Assembly: GCA_000004695.1 (NCBI GenBank)
Contig: CM000152.2
Span: 2,208,001 to 2,272,000, forward strand
Length of the DNA stretch: 64,000 nt
Direction of reading: 5' to 3'
Source: Dictyostelium discoideum
Taxonomy: Eukaryota
Below the pieces are notes generated by a model that searched no databases, was not told the origin of the DNA, and saw nothing but the letters and a program-made list of their open reading frames with translations. This document shows, piece after piece, positions 10,849-23,371 of the stretch (position 1 is the first letter of the stretch; every line of letters begins with the position of its first letter). The translations under genes and the position numbers were made by a program.

Positions 10849-12534
10849 TTATATAATAAAGTCTGGATATTTTTCAAATAAAATTTTGTTATAAATTTGG
10901 CTATCGATTAGTGAGTTTAAAATTCTATTATCTTTTTTAGAATAACTTTGTAGTTTATCAATTGTAGTATCATATAATGTTGGTTTATCTTTAGGTTTTG
11001 TTGGAATTCTATCTATCAGTAATTGAACCATTTCAAAATTTTCATTCTTTATTGCAAAATTGATTGGATCTCTTGAAATTTGGATTTCAGGTAAATTTTC
11101 AAGAAAATATTTTAAAATATGTGTATAATTTTTTTGACAAACTTCATCAATGCATCTATATGTTAATTTTACTCTTTCACCATCTGAGCTATTAAATTTA
11201 TCAATAATGAATTTAGCAAATTCTAAATCTCCATCAAATGCAATATTAAAACAAAGATCATTAAATATATAATTTTCAAAATTTTCATAACAATATTTAA
11301 CAATTTCGAAACTTGTATTTGAAAAGTTAATACCAATAGGATTTAATCTTGATTTAAATGCTGATTCAACTAAATATTTAAATAATTGGAAATCTCTATT
11401 AGTAGATGCATATGATAAAAGTGAATTTGGGATAAACTTTAATGTTGGTTTAAACTTTTGTTTCACGTCTTCTAAATATTTCAAAGTTTCTAAATCATAA
11501 ACTTGATCAATCCCATAACTTAATTCTTTTGATTCTCCATTAAAACCAAGACAATTTTCTAAAAAGTTTTTAAAATGGTGAACTGATAAATTTGTTAAGA
11601 ATTTATAATTTGTAAAAATGGGATGAGTACATGATAAAGTCCTATTTGAAACTAACATTTGATAAACTTCAAGTGATTTATGGAAAACTCTATTATATGC
11701 AAAAACTAATTTATCCTGTCCTTTACTTGACTGATTTGGAAATTTATTAATAAATATTCTAGCCATTTCAATTGAACCAAGTACAACCATACGAACAATT
11801 AATTGATTTCTCGTTGTCCCAATATCACCATATTTACACTTGAATGGTAAATCATTACCATTCTCATCAACAATTGAATCCATTGATAAATCCATAATAG
11901 TTTGAAAACAAGACACTTTATTTAAATCTAAACAATCCATTATTGGTTGAAATTTTAATGATAATGGATTAGATTTTTGTTTTTCTTTCTCTTGTTTTGA
12001 AATTATTCTACAATTATTATTATAATTAAAACTATGATTTTTAAAACAATCAATTACATAAAGTATTGTATTAATATTATCTTGTTTAGATTGACACATT
12101 TTACCAATATATAATTGAAAATGATTAATATCAAATTTATAATTTTTAAATTTAATTAAAAATTCAATTATTTCAATACCAATTTTATTATTAAGTATAG
12201 ATAATTTTAAAATTTTATTTTTCTTTTTTTTTAATAAATTTTCATGATCATTATAAATTAAAATAAACTCTTGAATTGTAATTATATTTGATAAAATGAA
12301 ACTTTCTAAAATATAAATATCATTAAATTGAAATTTAAAATTAATTGCATTTTCATTATTTTTATTGAATAAATAACTTTGATAATATAAATTAAATAAA
12401 AATCTATTCTCTAAAATTCTAGTTAAATCTATATCTTTTAATTGTCTACCATTCCCTTTCCCATTTTTAACATAATTATAAATTATTGTAAATAAATATT
12501 TATTTTTAAAAACTTTAAAATATAAATTATCCAT
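10849..12534 (-). CDS. Dictyostelium-lineage protein with degenerate ankyrin-like repeats (561 aa, single exon).
   Basis: A continuous ORF with ATG at 12534. Its N-terminus MDNLYFKVFKNKYLFTIIYNYVKNGKG is typical of a large Dictyostelium paralogous family. Repeated ...LE.AK.II..F / ..N.E.VQLLIDR segments look like degenerate ankyrin repeats. Confidence 0.55.
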   Translation of the reverse strand: MDNLYFKVFKNKYLFTIIYNYVKNGKGNGRQLKDIDLTRILENRFLFNLYYQSYLFNKNNENAINFKFQFNDIYILESFILSNIITIQEFILIYNDHENLLKKKKNKILKLSILNNKIGIEIIEFLIKFKNYKFDINHFQLYIGKMCQSKQDNINTILYVIDCFKNHSFNYNNNCRIISKQEKEKQKSNPLSLKFQPIMDCLDLNKVSCFQTIMDLSMDSIVDENGNDLPFKCKYGDIGTTRNQLIVRMVVLGSIEMARIFINKFPNQSSKGQDKLVFAYNRVFHKSLEVYQMLVSNRTLSCTHPIFTNYKFLTNLSVHHFKNFLENCLGFNGESKELSYGIDQVYDLETLKYLEDVKQKFKPTLKFIPNSLLSYASTNRDFQLFKYLVESAFKSRLNPIGINFSNTSFEIVKYCYENFENYIFNDLCFNIAFDGDLEFAKFIIDKFNSSDGERVKLTYRCIDEVCQKNYTHILKYFLENLPEIQISRDPINFAIKNENFEMVQLLIDRIPTKPKDKPTLYDTTIDKLQSYSKKDNRILNSLIDSQIYNKILFEKYPDFII

Positions 12535-12593
12535 TATTTTATTTTTATAATTTAAATAAATTAAAAAAATAAAAATAATATTAAAATGATTTG

Positions 12594-12639
<46 letters not shown>

Positions 12640-12985
12640 AGAAATAAAAAACGTGAAAATGGATTTGCAAGATTTTTAAAATCAGAAAAACAGAAAAAAA
12701 AAAAAAAAGTATAATAAAAAGAAAAAAAATTAATCTGTACTGTTTTTATTAAATTTTCTGTTGTAACAAATATATATTTATACATTTATATCAAAATAAA
12801 AAATAATAATAAAAATAATTTTAATTCTATCATACTTAAAAATATTCTATAAATAAAAATAAAAAAAATAAAAAAAAAAAAGGAAAAATGAAAAATGAAA
12901 AATGAAAAAAAAAAAAAAAAAAATTATTTAACATTCTCCTCGATTTCATATAATATTAAAAAAAACAAAAAAAAAAAAAAAAAAA

Positions 12986-13876
12986 ATGGAAGATAGAGGA
13001 AACCAAGATGGAGAAATTGAAGAAGGAATGATAGGTCAAGAAAGTTATGATGATATTAGAGAAAGAACCAAACAAAGGGAGTTAGAAAAATTAGAAAGAG
13101 AAAAGGAGAGTCAAAACTACAGATACAATAAAAGAGATTTCGACAGAAGAGATAATCATTATAGAGACCGTAACAGGGATGGACATAGAGATGGACACAG
13201 AGATAGAGATAGAGATAGAGATAGAGATAGAGATAGAGATAGAGATAGGGATAGGGATGGATATAGGGATGGACATAGAGATGGACATAGAGATGGACAC
13301 AGGGATAGGGATAGAGATAGAGACAACAGAAATAGAGATTTAAGAGACAACAGAAGTAGTAACAGAGACTTCAATAGAAAAGATAACCATAGAGATAATG
13401 ATAGAAGGGATAATGATAGAAGAGATAATGGCAGAAGATCCCATTCAAGATCAAGATCCAGATCAAGAAGTAGAGAACGTGATAGAAAAAGACAAAGAGA
13501 TCATAGTAGATCAAGGTCAAGATCAAGAAGTAGAGATAGAAGAGACGGTGGTGATAATGGTAGTAAATCAAATAAACAAAATGATAAGAATAATAAACCA
13601 CCCTCAAATGATAAATCACAACAAACCAATGACAAAAAGAAACAAAATCAATCAACTAAAGAAGGTGATCAATCAAATAATAATAATAATAATAATAATG
13701 AAAATGAGGAGGATGAAGATGACGGATTAGATCCTGAAACTAGAGAAATGATGAGACAAATGGGTGTACCCGTTAATTTCTCTTCAACAAAAGGAAAAAA
13801 GGTTGAAGGAAACTCACAAGGTGGTACAAAACTTCAATTTACAAGAGAGTATAGACAATTTATGAACAAAAGGTAA
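12986..13876 (+). CDS. U4/U6.U5 tri-snRNP 27-kDa protein (SNRNP27)-like, with an RD/RS dipeptide-repeat region and a conserved C-terminal domain.
   Basis: ATG at 12986 after a poly-A run. The product contains (RD)n and HRDG repeats, then RSHSRSRSRSRSRERDRKRQRDHSRSRSRSRSRDRRDGG, and ends ...ETREMMRQMGVPVNFSSTKGKKVEGNSQGGTKLQFTREYRQFMNKR*. This C-terminus matches the SNRNP27/DUF1777 end (...MGF.GFDSTKGK.V.G...........R.YRQYMNRKGGFNRPL). The stop overlaps a GTAACA, so a short extra 3' exon cannot be excluded. Confidence 0.6.
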   Translation: MEDRGNQDGEIEEGMIGQESYDDIRERTKQRELEKLEREKESQNYRYNKRDFDRRDNHYRDRNRDGHRDGHRDRDRDRDRDRDRDRDRDRDGYRDGHRDGHRDGHRDRDRDRDNRNRDLRDNRSSNRDFNRKDNHRDNDRRDNDRRDNGRRSHSRSRSRSRSRERDRKRQRDHSRSRSRSRSRDRRDGGDNGSKSNKQNDKNNKPPSNDKSQQTNDKKKQNQSTKEGDQSNNNNNNNNENEEDEDDGLDPETREMMRQMGVPVNFSSTKGKKVEGNSQGGTKLQFTREYRQFMNKR

Positions 13877-14280
13877 CATTATTATTATTATTATCATTTT
13901 TATTTTTTTTTATTTGTATACTTTTTAAAAGTTATTAACATATTTTTTTTTTTTCCCTAATTTGGTTATTGCTTAAACTAAAATAATGGTACATTTTTAG
14001 AAAGAGAGAACAAAAATAAAGATATTTTCCTTTTTTTTTTTTTTTTTTTTTTCCTTTTTTTTTTATTAAAATTTATTTGATTTACAAATAGAGTATTTTA
14101 TTCTCCTATTCAAGATGGATTTACAAGTTTTTTTTTTTTTTTTTTTTTTTTTTTTCTTTTTTTCTTTCTTTTTTTTTTTTTTTCTTTTTGTTTGGTGCTT
14201 AAAAAAAATTATGTACAAAATAGTTAAATTATTAAATTTGTTTCTTAAAAAAAAAAAAAAAACTATTTTTTTTTTTTTTC

Positions 14281-14410
14281 CTTTCTTCCTTTCTTTTCTT
14301 TTCTTGTTTTCTTTTCTTTTCTTTTCTTTTCTTTTCTTTTCTTTTCTTTTCTTTTCTTTTCTTTTCTTTTTCTTTTTCTTTTCTTTTCTTTTCTTTTCTT
14401 TTCTTTTCTT
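14281..14410. repeat. (CTTTT)n/(TTTTC)n microsatellite of about 25 units between the convergent 3' ends of the snRNP27-like gene and pkaR.
   Basis: Direct reading: cttttcttttcttttc... Confidence 0.9.
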
Positions 14411-14667
14411 TGCTTTTTTGATTTGGTAATATTTAGTATTGCATGTTTTTTTTTTTTTGTTTTTTTGTTTTTTTGTTTTTTTTTTTTTTTTTTTTTTTGA
14501 TTTGTTTTGATTTGTTTTGATTTGTTATTATTGTTATTTTTTTTTTTTTTTTTTTTTTTTTTATTATTTTTTTTTTTTTTTTTTTTTTTTGTTTTTTTTT
14601 TTTTTTTTTTTTTTTTTTGTATTAGCCTTGGTGTTTGTTGTTATTATTAAAAAAAAAAAAAAAGAAA

Positions 14668-15895
14668 TTAAGATTTTTGAGAGGTTAAATTTGGTGAAGA
14701 AGGTGGTCTATTTAAAAATTGATTATAAGTTTCCATATTACGACGAAGCATTTGATCAATAGGACCACAAAGACGATTAAATCTTTGTCTATCCAATTCT
14801 ACACATTTTGTATAACCAATAGAAGTTACAGTTGCAGCTCTTGGTCTATCAGTAAGTAATGCAATTTCACCAAAGTAATCAGAAGGATGTAATTCAGAGA
14901 CTACATGACTAGTGGAATGATCACCAGGAACTGTTTCTTGAGTGACAACAACTTTACCTTCAACGATAATGTAAAATCTATCACCTGGATCACCTTGACG
15001 CACAATAACCTCACCATCTTGAAAATTAACAGGTTCCAATGCATCTGCTAATGATACTCTTTCATATTTATCAATATGACGTAAAATTGATACTTTTTCT
15101 AAAAATTCTTCATATAATTTTCTCTTTTTAATTGTTTGATCCATTAATATACGTCTATAAGTTGCTCCATTTAATGCCCATAATCTAACATCAGTTCTTG
15201 CCTTTTAAAAAATTAATTGTTTACAAGATATTAAATAATATTAAATAAATTAATTTTATTATTAAAAAAAATAAAATAAAAAAAAAAATTAAATAAAAAA
15301 AAATAAAATAAAAATAAAAAAAATTATGATTAGTCAAATTTAGATCTTTTTTTTTTTTTATGATAAATTTAAATTTAAAATAAAATAATAAAAAATGAAT
15401 TAAATATTGGAAAAAATAAATGAAAAAAAAAAAAAAAAAACTTACAATAACAGTTGCAGCTCTTGGACTACCATAAATTAAAGCTAATTCACCAAAACTA
15501 CCACCTTCAAATACTTCCATTACTAAAGTTGGGGAACCACCATTTTGACAAACATAAATATCACAAATACCAGAATCAATAACATAAAATAGATCACCTT
15601 CATCACCTTGTTTTATGATGATATCACCCGCTTTATAGAGTACTTCAACCATTGCTAAAAATACAACGTTTCTTTCCTCCTCTTCTAAATGACTAAACAT
15701 AATATTATTTGATAATGCTTGTTCTAAACGTTGTTGTGTCTCTACTGTTTTTGGAATATTAGGTAATGGTGTTGCTGGTTTATCTCCCAGTGGTTCACTA
15801 CTAATTGCACCTCTTCTTTTTCGTGTAATATTATTATTATTTTGTGCTTCTACTTTTTCTGTTGCTTTTTGGTTATGTGATATATTATTTGTCAT
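14668..15895 (-). CDS. pkaR: cAMP-dependent protein kinase regulatory subunit PkaR (327 aa). Exons 15446..15895 and 14668..15201.
   Basis: Exon 1 is MTNNISHNQKATEKVEAQNNNNITRKRRGAISSEPLGDKPATPLPNIPKTVETQQRLEQALSNNIMFSHLEEEERNVVFLAMVEVLYKAGDIIIKQGDEGDLFYVIDSGICDIYVCQNGGSPTLVMEVFEGGSFGELALIYGSPRAATVI|, with donor att|GTAAGT. Exon 2 (acceptor ttttaaaAG|GCAAGA) is ARTDVRLWALNGATYRRILMDQTIKKRKLYEEFLEKVSILRHIDKYERVSLADALEPVNFQDGEVIVRQGDPGDRFYIIVEGKVVVTQE...FGEIALLTDRPRAATVTSIGYTKCVELDRQRFNRLCGPIDQMLRRNMETYNQFLNRPPSSPNLTSQKS*. It carries two cNMP-binding domains, and the 150+177 aa total equals the known 327-aa D. discoideum R subunit. The M at 15919 in the ORF track is poly-A read-through upstream of the real ATG at 15895. 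Confidence 0.95.
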
Positions 15896-16197
15896 TTTTT
15901 TTTTTTTTTGTTTTCTCAAAAAAAATAATAAATAATAAAATTTTTCTTTATACTATTTTTATTGTTTTATTATTATTATTACTATTACTATAATTTAAAA
16001 CTTTAGTTTTTTGTCCTAATTTTTTAATTTTTTAAAATTTTTTAATTTTTTTTTTTCTTTCTTTAAATTTTTTTTATTTTTTTTTTTTTTTATTTTTCTT
16101 CTATTTTTTTTTATTTATATAAATTTTTACTATTGTGTTATTATTTTATATTATTTTATTTAATATTGCAGGAACTGAAAGAAAAAAAAAAAAAAAG

Positions 16198-16232
<35 letters not shown>

Positions 16233-16474
16233 GGGTTTTAATTTAAATTGTATATATGTGTGTGTGTGTAAATTTTAGGAAAATCTTTTTTTTTTTAATT
16301 ATTTTTTTTATTTTTTTTTTTTTTTTTTTTTTTTTCAATTTGTAAAAAAGTTTTTGTTTTAAAAATAGCAAAAGAAAAAAAAAAAAACTTAGCACAATTT
16401 AAATAAAGATTATAATAAAAAATATAATTGATAAAATAAAAAAAAAAAAAAAAATAAAATAAAATAAAAAAAAA

Positions 16475-16507
<33 letters not shown>

Positions 16508-16707
16508 GTAATAATTATATTATTATTATTATTATTATTTTATTTTTATTTTTTTTTTTTTTTGTTTTTTTTTTTTTAAATATATATACTGATGAAAGAT
16601 AGTATAAATTTATATTTTTGATTTGTTTTATTTTTATTTATTTATTTTTATTTTTTTTATTTTTTTTTTTGATTTGGTTTTTTTTTTTTTTTTTTTTAAT
16701 TTTTTTA

Positions 16708-16741
<34 letters not shown>

Positions 16742-16743
16742 TT

Positions 16744-19700
16744 TTATTTTGAGGAAAATGTAAGTTGAGCAATTTCTTTAACCAAGATTTGATTTAAAAG
16801 AGATTGAGGAGATTTAATATCAAAAGAAATATTACCATCCTTTTCTTTCACCAACATTGCGATATGATGATTTTGAGTAGTTTTAGCATAAAAGGAAGCT
16901 GTTTGACCATTTGGATGAGCTTGTACAACTTCAATAGATAATTGTTGAGCAAGTTTTTCAATGACCAATGGCATTGTTAAGGATTGGCCAGTGATTTTAG
17001 TTGAATCCATTGCACTTACTTGACCTGATTTTTGAAGGATTTCAGCAAACTTATCTTTTGGTAATTTTGTAGCAACAATAAAGAATGAGAATGGTAAATC
17101 GATTGATAATTGATTTGTGATTGATGGTGAAGAGGATGGGGATGCCAATAAAGTGAATTGTAACTCTTGGCTATTCAATACATTGACAACATTCAATAAC
17201 TCTGTATGAGTAGTGGATGCATCAGCCTCCAATACACCAATTTCACCACTATTCTTTATGGAAACACATTGTTCTGCTGGATTCTTTAAACTAATTGAAA
17301 CATCTGACATATCTTCATCAGTTTTATTTTGTACTTTCATTGTTAACTTGATTTGATTATTATCTGTTTCATTTGATGGTGATACTTTAAGAATTTCACA
17401 TGTAATCTTAAAATTATCATCATCCAAAATTGTTTTTAATACTTTTTTGACAATTACTGGTGGTGGTGCTACTACAGCTGCTGCTGCTTGAGTTGATTTA
17501 GTAGTGGTAGTAGTTGAGGAGGTGGCTGCTGGTTTCTTGCTTGATTTTTTAGCAGTTGGTGGTGGTGGTGGATTTGAACCAGCAGCAGCTTTTTTAGTAG
17601 CTTTTTTAGCAGGTGCAATCTCTGGTGATGTAACTTCAGAATAATTTGCAGTTGATGGTGGTGATTTTGGTGATAGTTTTGCATTTTTCTTTGCCAACAT
17701 TGCCATTTCTCTTTCTTTCTCTTTTATGATATCAGTTCTATGACGAGAAGTATGTAAAACATCACTTGCGGTCAATGGTTCTGATAAGTTTATATTTGAA
17801 AGAGCATCATTTTTGTATTTGTTATCTTTTTCATCCTCATCATCAGATTCTTTTGCACCCTCTGGCATTTCAGTGGTAGTATCGATGGTATAATGTTTTT
17901 TTGTTTTTTTACTACCTTTTGATGGCATTGGTCTATTTGATGATGCACCAACATGAAGATGACCTAAATCACCAGTTAGTTGAACCACTGGAATATTTTC
18001 AGGATCATTGGTTGATAATTTCTTTGATACTTTACCACCCAACATATATGGATTATTAGCTTGTTTTCTTAATCTTTCTTCCTTTTGTCTTTGAATATCA
18101 ATTGGATGACGATTGAAATTACTACTTGAATGACCTGAATGAGAACTATTGGTTTCATCATCTTCATCATCATCACCATCATATCCTCCACGGTGATGTT
18201 TGTGATGTTTCTTTTGATGACTAGATGTACTTGTATTGAAAATATCATCATCTTCATCCTCTTCAATTGGTTCTTGATGTTTTGGATCATTAATCCATTC
18301 ATCTAAATCTAAACCTTCTGGAATTGGTACTTTCTTTTGAGCTTTTGGACCAACTGGATTTAATTGTTCTGTGAACAATGAAATTAACTCCTTTGAAATA
18401 TTATTACCTTGTTCTTTAGTGACTGTGTAGAATGATAATAATTCATTAATAAGACAAGCACGTTCTTGTACATTTAGGTAAATACTATGAGTGAAAATTG
18501 TTAAACGTGATTTAATAATTTCAAGACATTCTTGAACGATTTCATGAGTGATTTCATTTTGGTCCTCTTCTTCTTGTGCTTCCTCTTCCTCATCATCATC
18601 GTCTAATGATGGGATTTTGTCACCGTTTGCTTTTGCACAAGCATGAGAGAAAACTTTTAATGAATTTAACATGTAAACTGATTGAATATGTGATGGTAAT
18701 ACACAAACACGTGGTTGTAAGAATGCTTCCAATGCGTCTATTGGACGATTGACATAACCAGAGAACTCACCAACAATCCAAGCGGCAGCATATAAAACTT
18801 CACACATACCACCTTCGGTTGGATTTGACATGAGTTTTGGATTCTTTAATAGTTCAATCATTTGTCTGGTACTATAGGCACGTACGATCTTTACACGAAT
18901 TACAACGTCCAATAATTGAGAGGCAATTAATTTACCATGAATTGAATCTTGAATTTGTGATAATTTAACCAAGATATTGATATACCATTCGAAGTCGGTA
19001 ATGAATTGATAAGTGCCCATTGAGCATAGTTCAATTATTTTCTCGATGATTTGCTCTTTATATTGACCCTCTGCATTGTCTAAATGATCCAATAGTTTGA
19101 ATACGATATCACCGATGTTCTTCTTGCTGGTCATGCCTGGCAAGAGATCCAATGCTCTCAAACGGATGGAGATATCATCGTCCTCCAAACAATTCAACAC
19201 TAAATCCCTATGCTCTGACACAGCCTTTGGATGAATCTTCATAATGTTATTCAATGCCAATAGACCAAGATACTTTAAATTCTGGTCATTATGCTCGATC
19301 AATGTTCTCAACTTTGAAATACACAACTTCATCAATGGTATATGGTCAGACATACCAGTGATGCAAGTTTGAATGCACTCGTAAAGCAATGAAACCGATG
19401 GTGACGAATTGATAATGTTTGTGAGTGGGTCTATTAGCTTCTTGCCCAAACGTGGCTCGTGTGGTGTCAATGCTGCAAACAACTTTACAATCTTGATTAA
19501 CATCCAATAGTTGTTGGTGGTGTTGGTTAGAATTCTGAATAACACAGGTGCCAATGGTAAATAGTTCTTTGGATTTCTTCTGGCAAGTTCGCAAATCACA
19601 TTGACTGAGCATGATACAACCGATGGCTCGGGATCATCCAATTTCTCTCTTAACTTTGGGAATGCTGGTCTTAGCGATTCTGGATATCTCAAGAATATCT

Positions 19701-20036
19701 TATATAACACCGTGATGGCTCTCTTTAAAATATGTGTTTTTTGTGTACTCAATAATGTTAGGATATCATTTGCCAACTCTCTTGCTAAATCGGTTGTACA
19801 AATATTTGAAAGACAATTCAATGCTAAATAGGCTTCACTTTGATTCGATGATAAGAAATCCTTTCTAATTTGATGAGTTGCCAATACAATAACATCTGTT
19901 CCTTCATTAAAACTTTGTGATGCTGCTAAATATCCAATTCTTTTTGATGAAAATTTATTACAACTCATAACTTCAACAATTTTAAATGATGCCCAACTAA
20001 TATCAAATCCTAACATTTGAATCTAATTTTAATTTT

Positions 20037-20093
<57 letters not shown>

Positions 20094-20335
20094 TAAATAA
20101 ATTAATAAATATATAATATATATGTGAATATTATGAATAAAGTATTTAAGAGTTTTTTTTTATTTTTTAAAAAAATACACACATATGTTAATTTTTGGAC
20201 GGCAACTGTCTTTTTTTGCATATCACCTTTTAATTCTTCTTTAATTTCATTTATACATTGATTTATAAATTTAGTTTCATTCTTTTTATGGTTTCTAATA
20301 CCTCTGATGAGGTCAACCAATGTTCTTTCAAACAT
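16744..20335 (-). CDS. ap3d1: AP-3 adaptor complex delta subunit (about 1143 aa). Exons 20183..20335 and 16744..20022.
   Basis: Exon 1 is MFERTLVDLIRGIRNHKKNETKFINQCINEIKEELKGDMQKKTVAVQKLTY|, with donor tat|GTGTGT at 20182 (human AP3D1 is MFDKNLQDLVRGIRNHKEDEAKYISQCIDEIKQELKQDN...KLTYLQMLGYDISWAAF). Exon 2 (acceptor ttaaaattAG|ATT) is IQMLGFDISWASFKIVEVMSCNKFSSKRIGYLAASQSFNEGTDVIVLATHQIRKD..., a 1092-codon ORF with acidic and Lys/Ser-rich hinge and ear regions. The M at 20341 in the ORF track is a TTG; the real ATG is at 20335. Confidence 0.9.
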
Positions 20336-20419
20336 TTTCAATAGTTTTTGGTGAATGAAAATATAAAAATAATAAAAAAAAAAAAAATCAAAAAAAAAAA
20401 ATTAAAAAAAAAAAAAAAT

Positions 20420-20454
<35 letters not shown>

Positions 20455-20943
20455 AGATATTGAAAATTTATTTACTCAAATGAGCCACGAAGTTTTTGAA
20501 TTGTTGTTTTGAGTAGGCAAAAAAAAAATTTATATTCATTTTTTAATAATATATATATATATAGCAATATATATCTATATATAGAAATATTATTTTTAAT
20601 AAATCAAGATTCCAAAAAAAAAAATAAAATAATAATAATAAAATAAAATAATTTTTTAAAAAAAAAAAAATAATAAAAATAAATTTTTATTTTTACAATA
20701 ATAAAAATAAATTTTACAATTCATATGTTAATTATTTATTTAAATATATAAATTCTGCATCCATTTTTTTTTTTTTTTTTTTTTTTTTTATATTTATTTT
20801 TTATTTTATTTTATTTTTTTTTATATTTTTTTAATTTTTTTTTTTTTTTCAATTTTTTTTATTTTTATTTTTATTTTTTATATTTTTTTTTAATTTTTTT
20901 TTGAAGAACATTAAACTTTTTGTCACATATATAATTAAATAAA

Positions 20944-21034
20944 ATGTCAGAAAGACAAAAAGATGGAGAATATGGTGTATTTGTTGTATGTATTATCTTT
21001 TATTTTATTTCTATTTTCTATTTAATTTTTATTT

Positions 21035-21065
<31 letters not shown>

Positions 21066-21415
21066 CGATGAAATTATTAATTACTAATTTTTTTTTTTTT
21101 TTTAAACTTTTTAGTCCGATATCGCAAGAGGTGTAACAGATGAACAATTAAAAGAAGAGTTTTCAAAGATCGGTGATGTTTTAGAAGCTGTAGTTGTAAA
21201 GAATAAACATTCTGGTGAAACTAAAGGTTATGGTTTTGTTAAATTTTATCATATGGCCGATGCTCAACATGCAATTGAAACACCAAATCCACCATTATTT
21301 AAAGATGGTATTACAGGCAAACCGTAAGTTAATAATTATTATATTATTATTATTTTACACATATTTATATATATCTATACTTTCTCATTGTCATCACACC
21401 ATTGTCGTATTTTAC

Positions 21416-21457
<42 letters not shown>

Positions 21458-22224
21458 TTATTTCAGTATATTGTTCTTTTATTTGCGCAGGTTATTAATT
21501 TGGATTGGATTAAACACATTTAATTTGTTTCTTTTCTTTTTTTTTTTTTTTTGTTTTTTTATTAATTCTTTAACCTTTATTATTATTTTATTTTTTTTTT
21601 TTTAAACTTTGAAATTTTCAAAAGAAGTTGAAAAAAAAACCAATACAATTTTAAATAATAATCACATTTATTGAATAATTTTAAAAATCATTAATAGAAA
21701 AAAAAAAAATCATTAATCATTAATCATTAATCACTTTTACATTTTATATTCCACATATTATATAATATAAAAAAAAAAAAAAAAAAATAATATAATAACA
21801 TTATAATTTCTTAATAATTTAAAAAACATATAATATAATAAAAAAAAAAAAACAAAAAAAAAAAAAAAAAAAACAAAACAAAACAAAACAATCAATCAAT
21901 CAATCAATCAATCAAACAAACAATCAAACAAAAAAAAAAAAAAAAAAAACTGAATGAATCAAACAAATCATAATATTATTCAACAAATCTTAATCAAATA
22001 TAAATTTTAAAAAAAAAACAAAAATAATTATAAAATATTTGGTATGTATCTACACCTTTTTTTATTTTTAAACCCCCCATTTTTTTATTTTTTAGACAAA
22101 TGGTAAAAGTTACTTTAGCAGATTCAAAAAATACTCTTTACATTGGTCATATTCCAAAAGGTTTAACTGAAAAAGAAGTAAGAGCAGAATTAGAAGAGAT
22201 TGGTATGGTATGTGTTGTTTAATG

Positions 22225-22263
<39 letters not shown>

Positions 22264-23145
22264 AAATTTATTATTAACAAATTTTATTTAATTATTTAAT
22301 TAGTGCACACTTAAATCATTTGAATTTGATGGACCATCAAAACTTTATGGATATGCACAATTTAAAGATCATGAAACAACAATTAAAGCAATTAAATCAA
22401 TTCAAAAATCTAAGTATACAGCATCACTTACACCAAGCAAGAGATCAAATGATGATGGAAAATCACCAACAACCAAAGTATTATTTGTTAGGGGAATTAG
22501 AAGTCAAGATGAAGGTGAGTTATTAAGAAAACAATTAGGACCAGAACTTATTGAAAAGATTGTTGTACCATTGGATTCACAAAAAAAGACACCACTAGGT
22601 CATGCTTTCATCTATTGTAACTCAACATCGGACGCAAAGATCATCATGGATCACAATCATGACTTTGATTTCATGGGTCAAAAGTTAACAATTTCATGGG
22701 GTCTTCCAAAACAAAGAAAGATGATGGATGGTTATTTCGCAGCCAATACACCATTGGCCGCTCCACCATATGATTATCATTACTACTTTCCAGGTTCCGT
22801 ACCACAAGACTACTATTATACTCCACAAATTCCAATCGTTGATCCAAGACGTTCAGGTTACACTGGTCAAAATATGACTGGGGGTCCAGGCGGTAAGTTT
22901 GACCATAAAAAAGAAATGTATCACCCTTATCCAATGGTTACTCCAACAACTAATCCTTATGCTAAATATGATACTTTTGGTTATCCACCACCACAAGAGT
23001 AAGTTTTTATTTTTTTATTTTTTTTTTTACATATTAAAAAATAATATGAAATATACTAATTTTCTTTTTTTTTTTTTCTAGCCGTTATGGTAAAACTCAA
23101 GGTGGTAAACCACAACAGAGTAAATATAGATTTTCTCCATATTAA
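20944..23145 (+). CDS. hnRNP R/Q (SYNCRIP)-like RNA-binding protein with three RRMs (about 373 aa). Exons 20944..20985, 21115..21323, 22096..22207, 22304..22998, 23082..23145.
   Basis: Exon 1 is MSERQKDGEYGVFV|GTATGT. Exon 2 is SDIARGVTDEQLKEEFSKIGDVLEAVVVKNKHSGETKGYGFVKFYHMADAQHAIETPNPPLFKDGITGKP (RRM1). Exon 3 is QMVKVTLADSKNTLYIGHIPKGLTEKEVRAELEEIGM|GTATGT, comparable to human RLFVGSIPKSKTKEQILEEF. Exon 4 is CTLKSFEFDGPSKLYGYAQFKDHETTIKAIK...KVLFVRGIRSQDEGELLRKQLGPELIEKIVVPLDSQKKTPLGHAFIYCNSTSDAKIIMDHNHDFDFMGQKLTISWGLPKQ..., comparable to human KVLFVRNL...DYAFIHF, followed by a Tyr/Pro-rich tail ...GYPPPQ. The last exon is inferred from donor ga|GTAAGT at 22999 and acceptor tctAG at 23080-81, giving ...DRYGKTQGGKPQQSKYRFSPY*. 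Without that splice the ORF ends PPPQE* at 23002. Confidence 0.75.
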
Positions 23146-23333
23146 TTCTGTTTGAGGACAAAAAAAAAAACAAAAAAAAAAACAAAAAAAAAAAAAAAAT
23201 TAATATTATTTGCAACTCTGTTTATATAATTCATTTTCATACCTTCTCTTATACCACTAATATCATAATTATCATCACATCATATTATTTCTCAATTTTT
23301 TAATTGTAAACAAACATGTAAATAGATCCAATA

Positions 23334-23371
<38 letters not shown>

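Noticed and set aside
13091-13655. Three minus-strand ORFs opposite the snRNP27-like gene.
   Set aside because: They are generated by the GATAGA hexamer repeat, which is open in all frames on both strands, and have no independent support.
17472-18302. Small ORFs inside or antisense to the AP-3 delta gene (17472..17684-, 18069..18302-, 19346..19612-, 19601..19831+).
   Set aside because: They are nested in the 1092-codon ap3d1 exon 2 and are alternate-frame or antisense artifacts.
20341-20341. ORF-track start codons such as 20341 (ap3d1), 28551, 29684, 8659, 52206 and 56495.
   Set aside because: These are TTG or GTG codons, since the ORF track allows alternative starts. The true ATGs or splice acceptors were located by translation and homology.
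21215-21605. ORFs 21215..21454 and 21402..21605 (poly-F).
   Set aside because: The first is an off-frame read of hnRNP exon 2 that runs into intron poly-T. The second is pure intronic poly-T.
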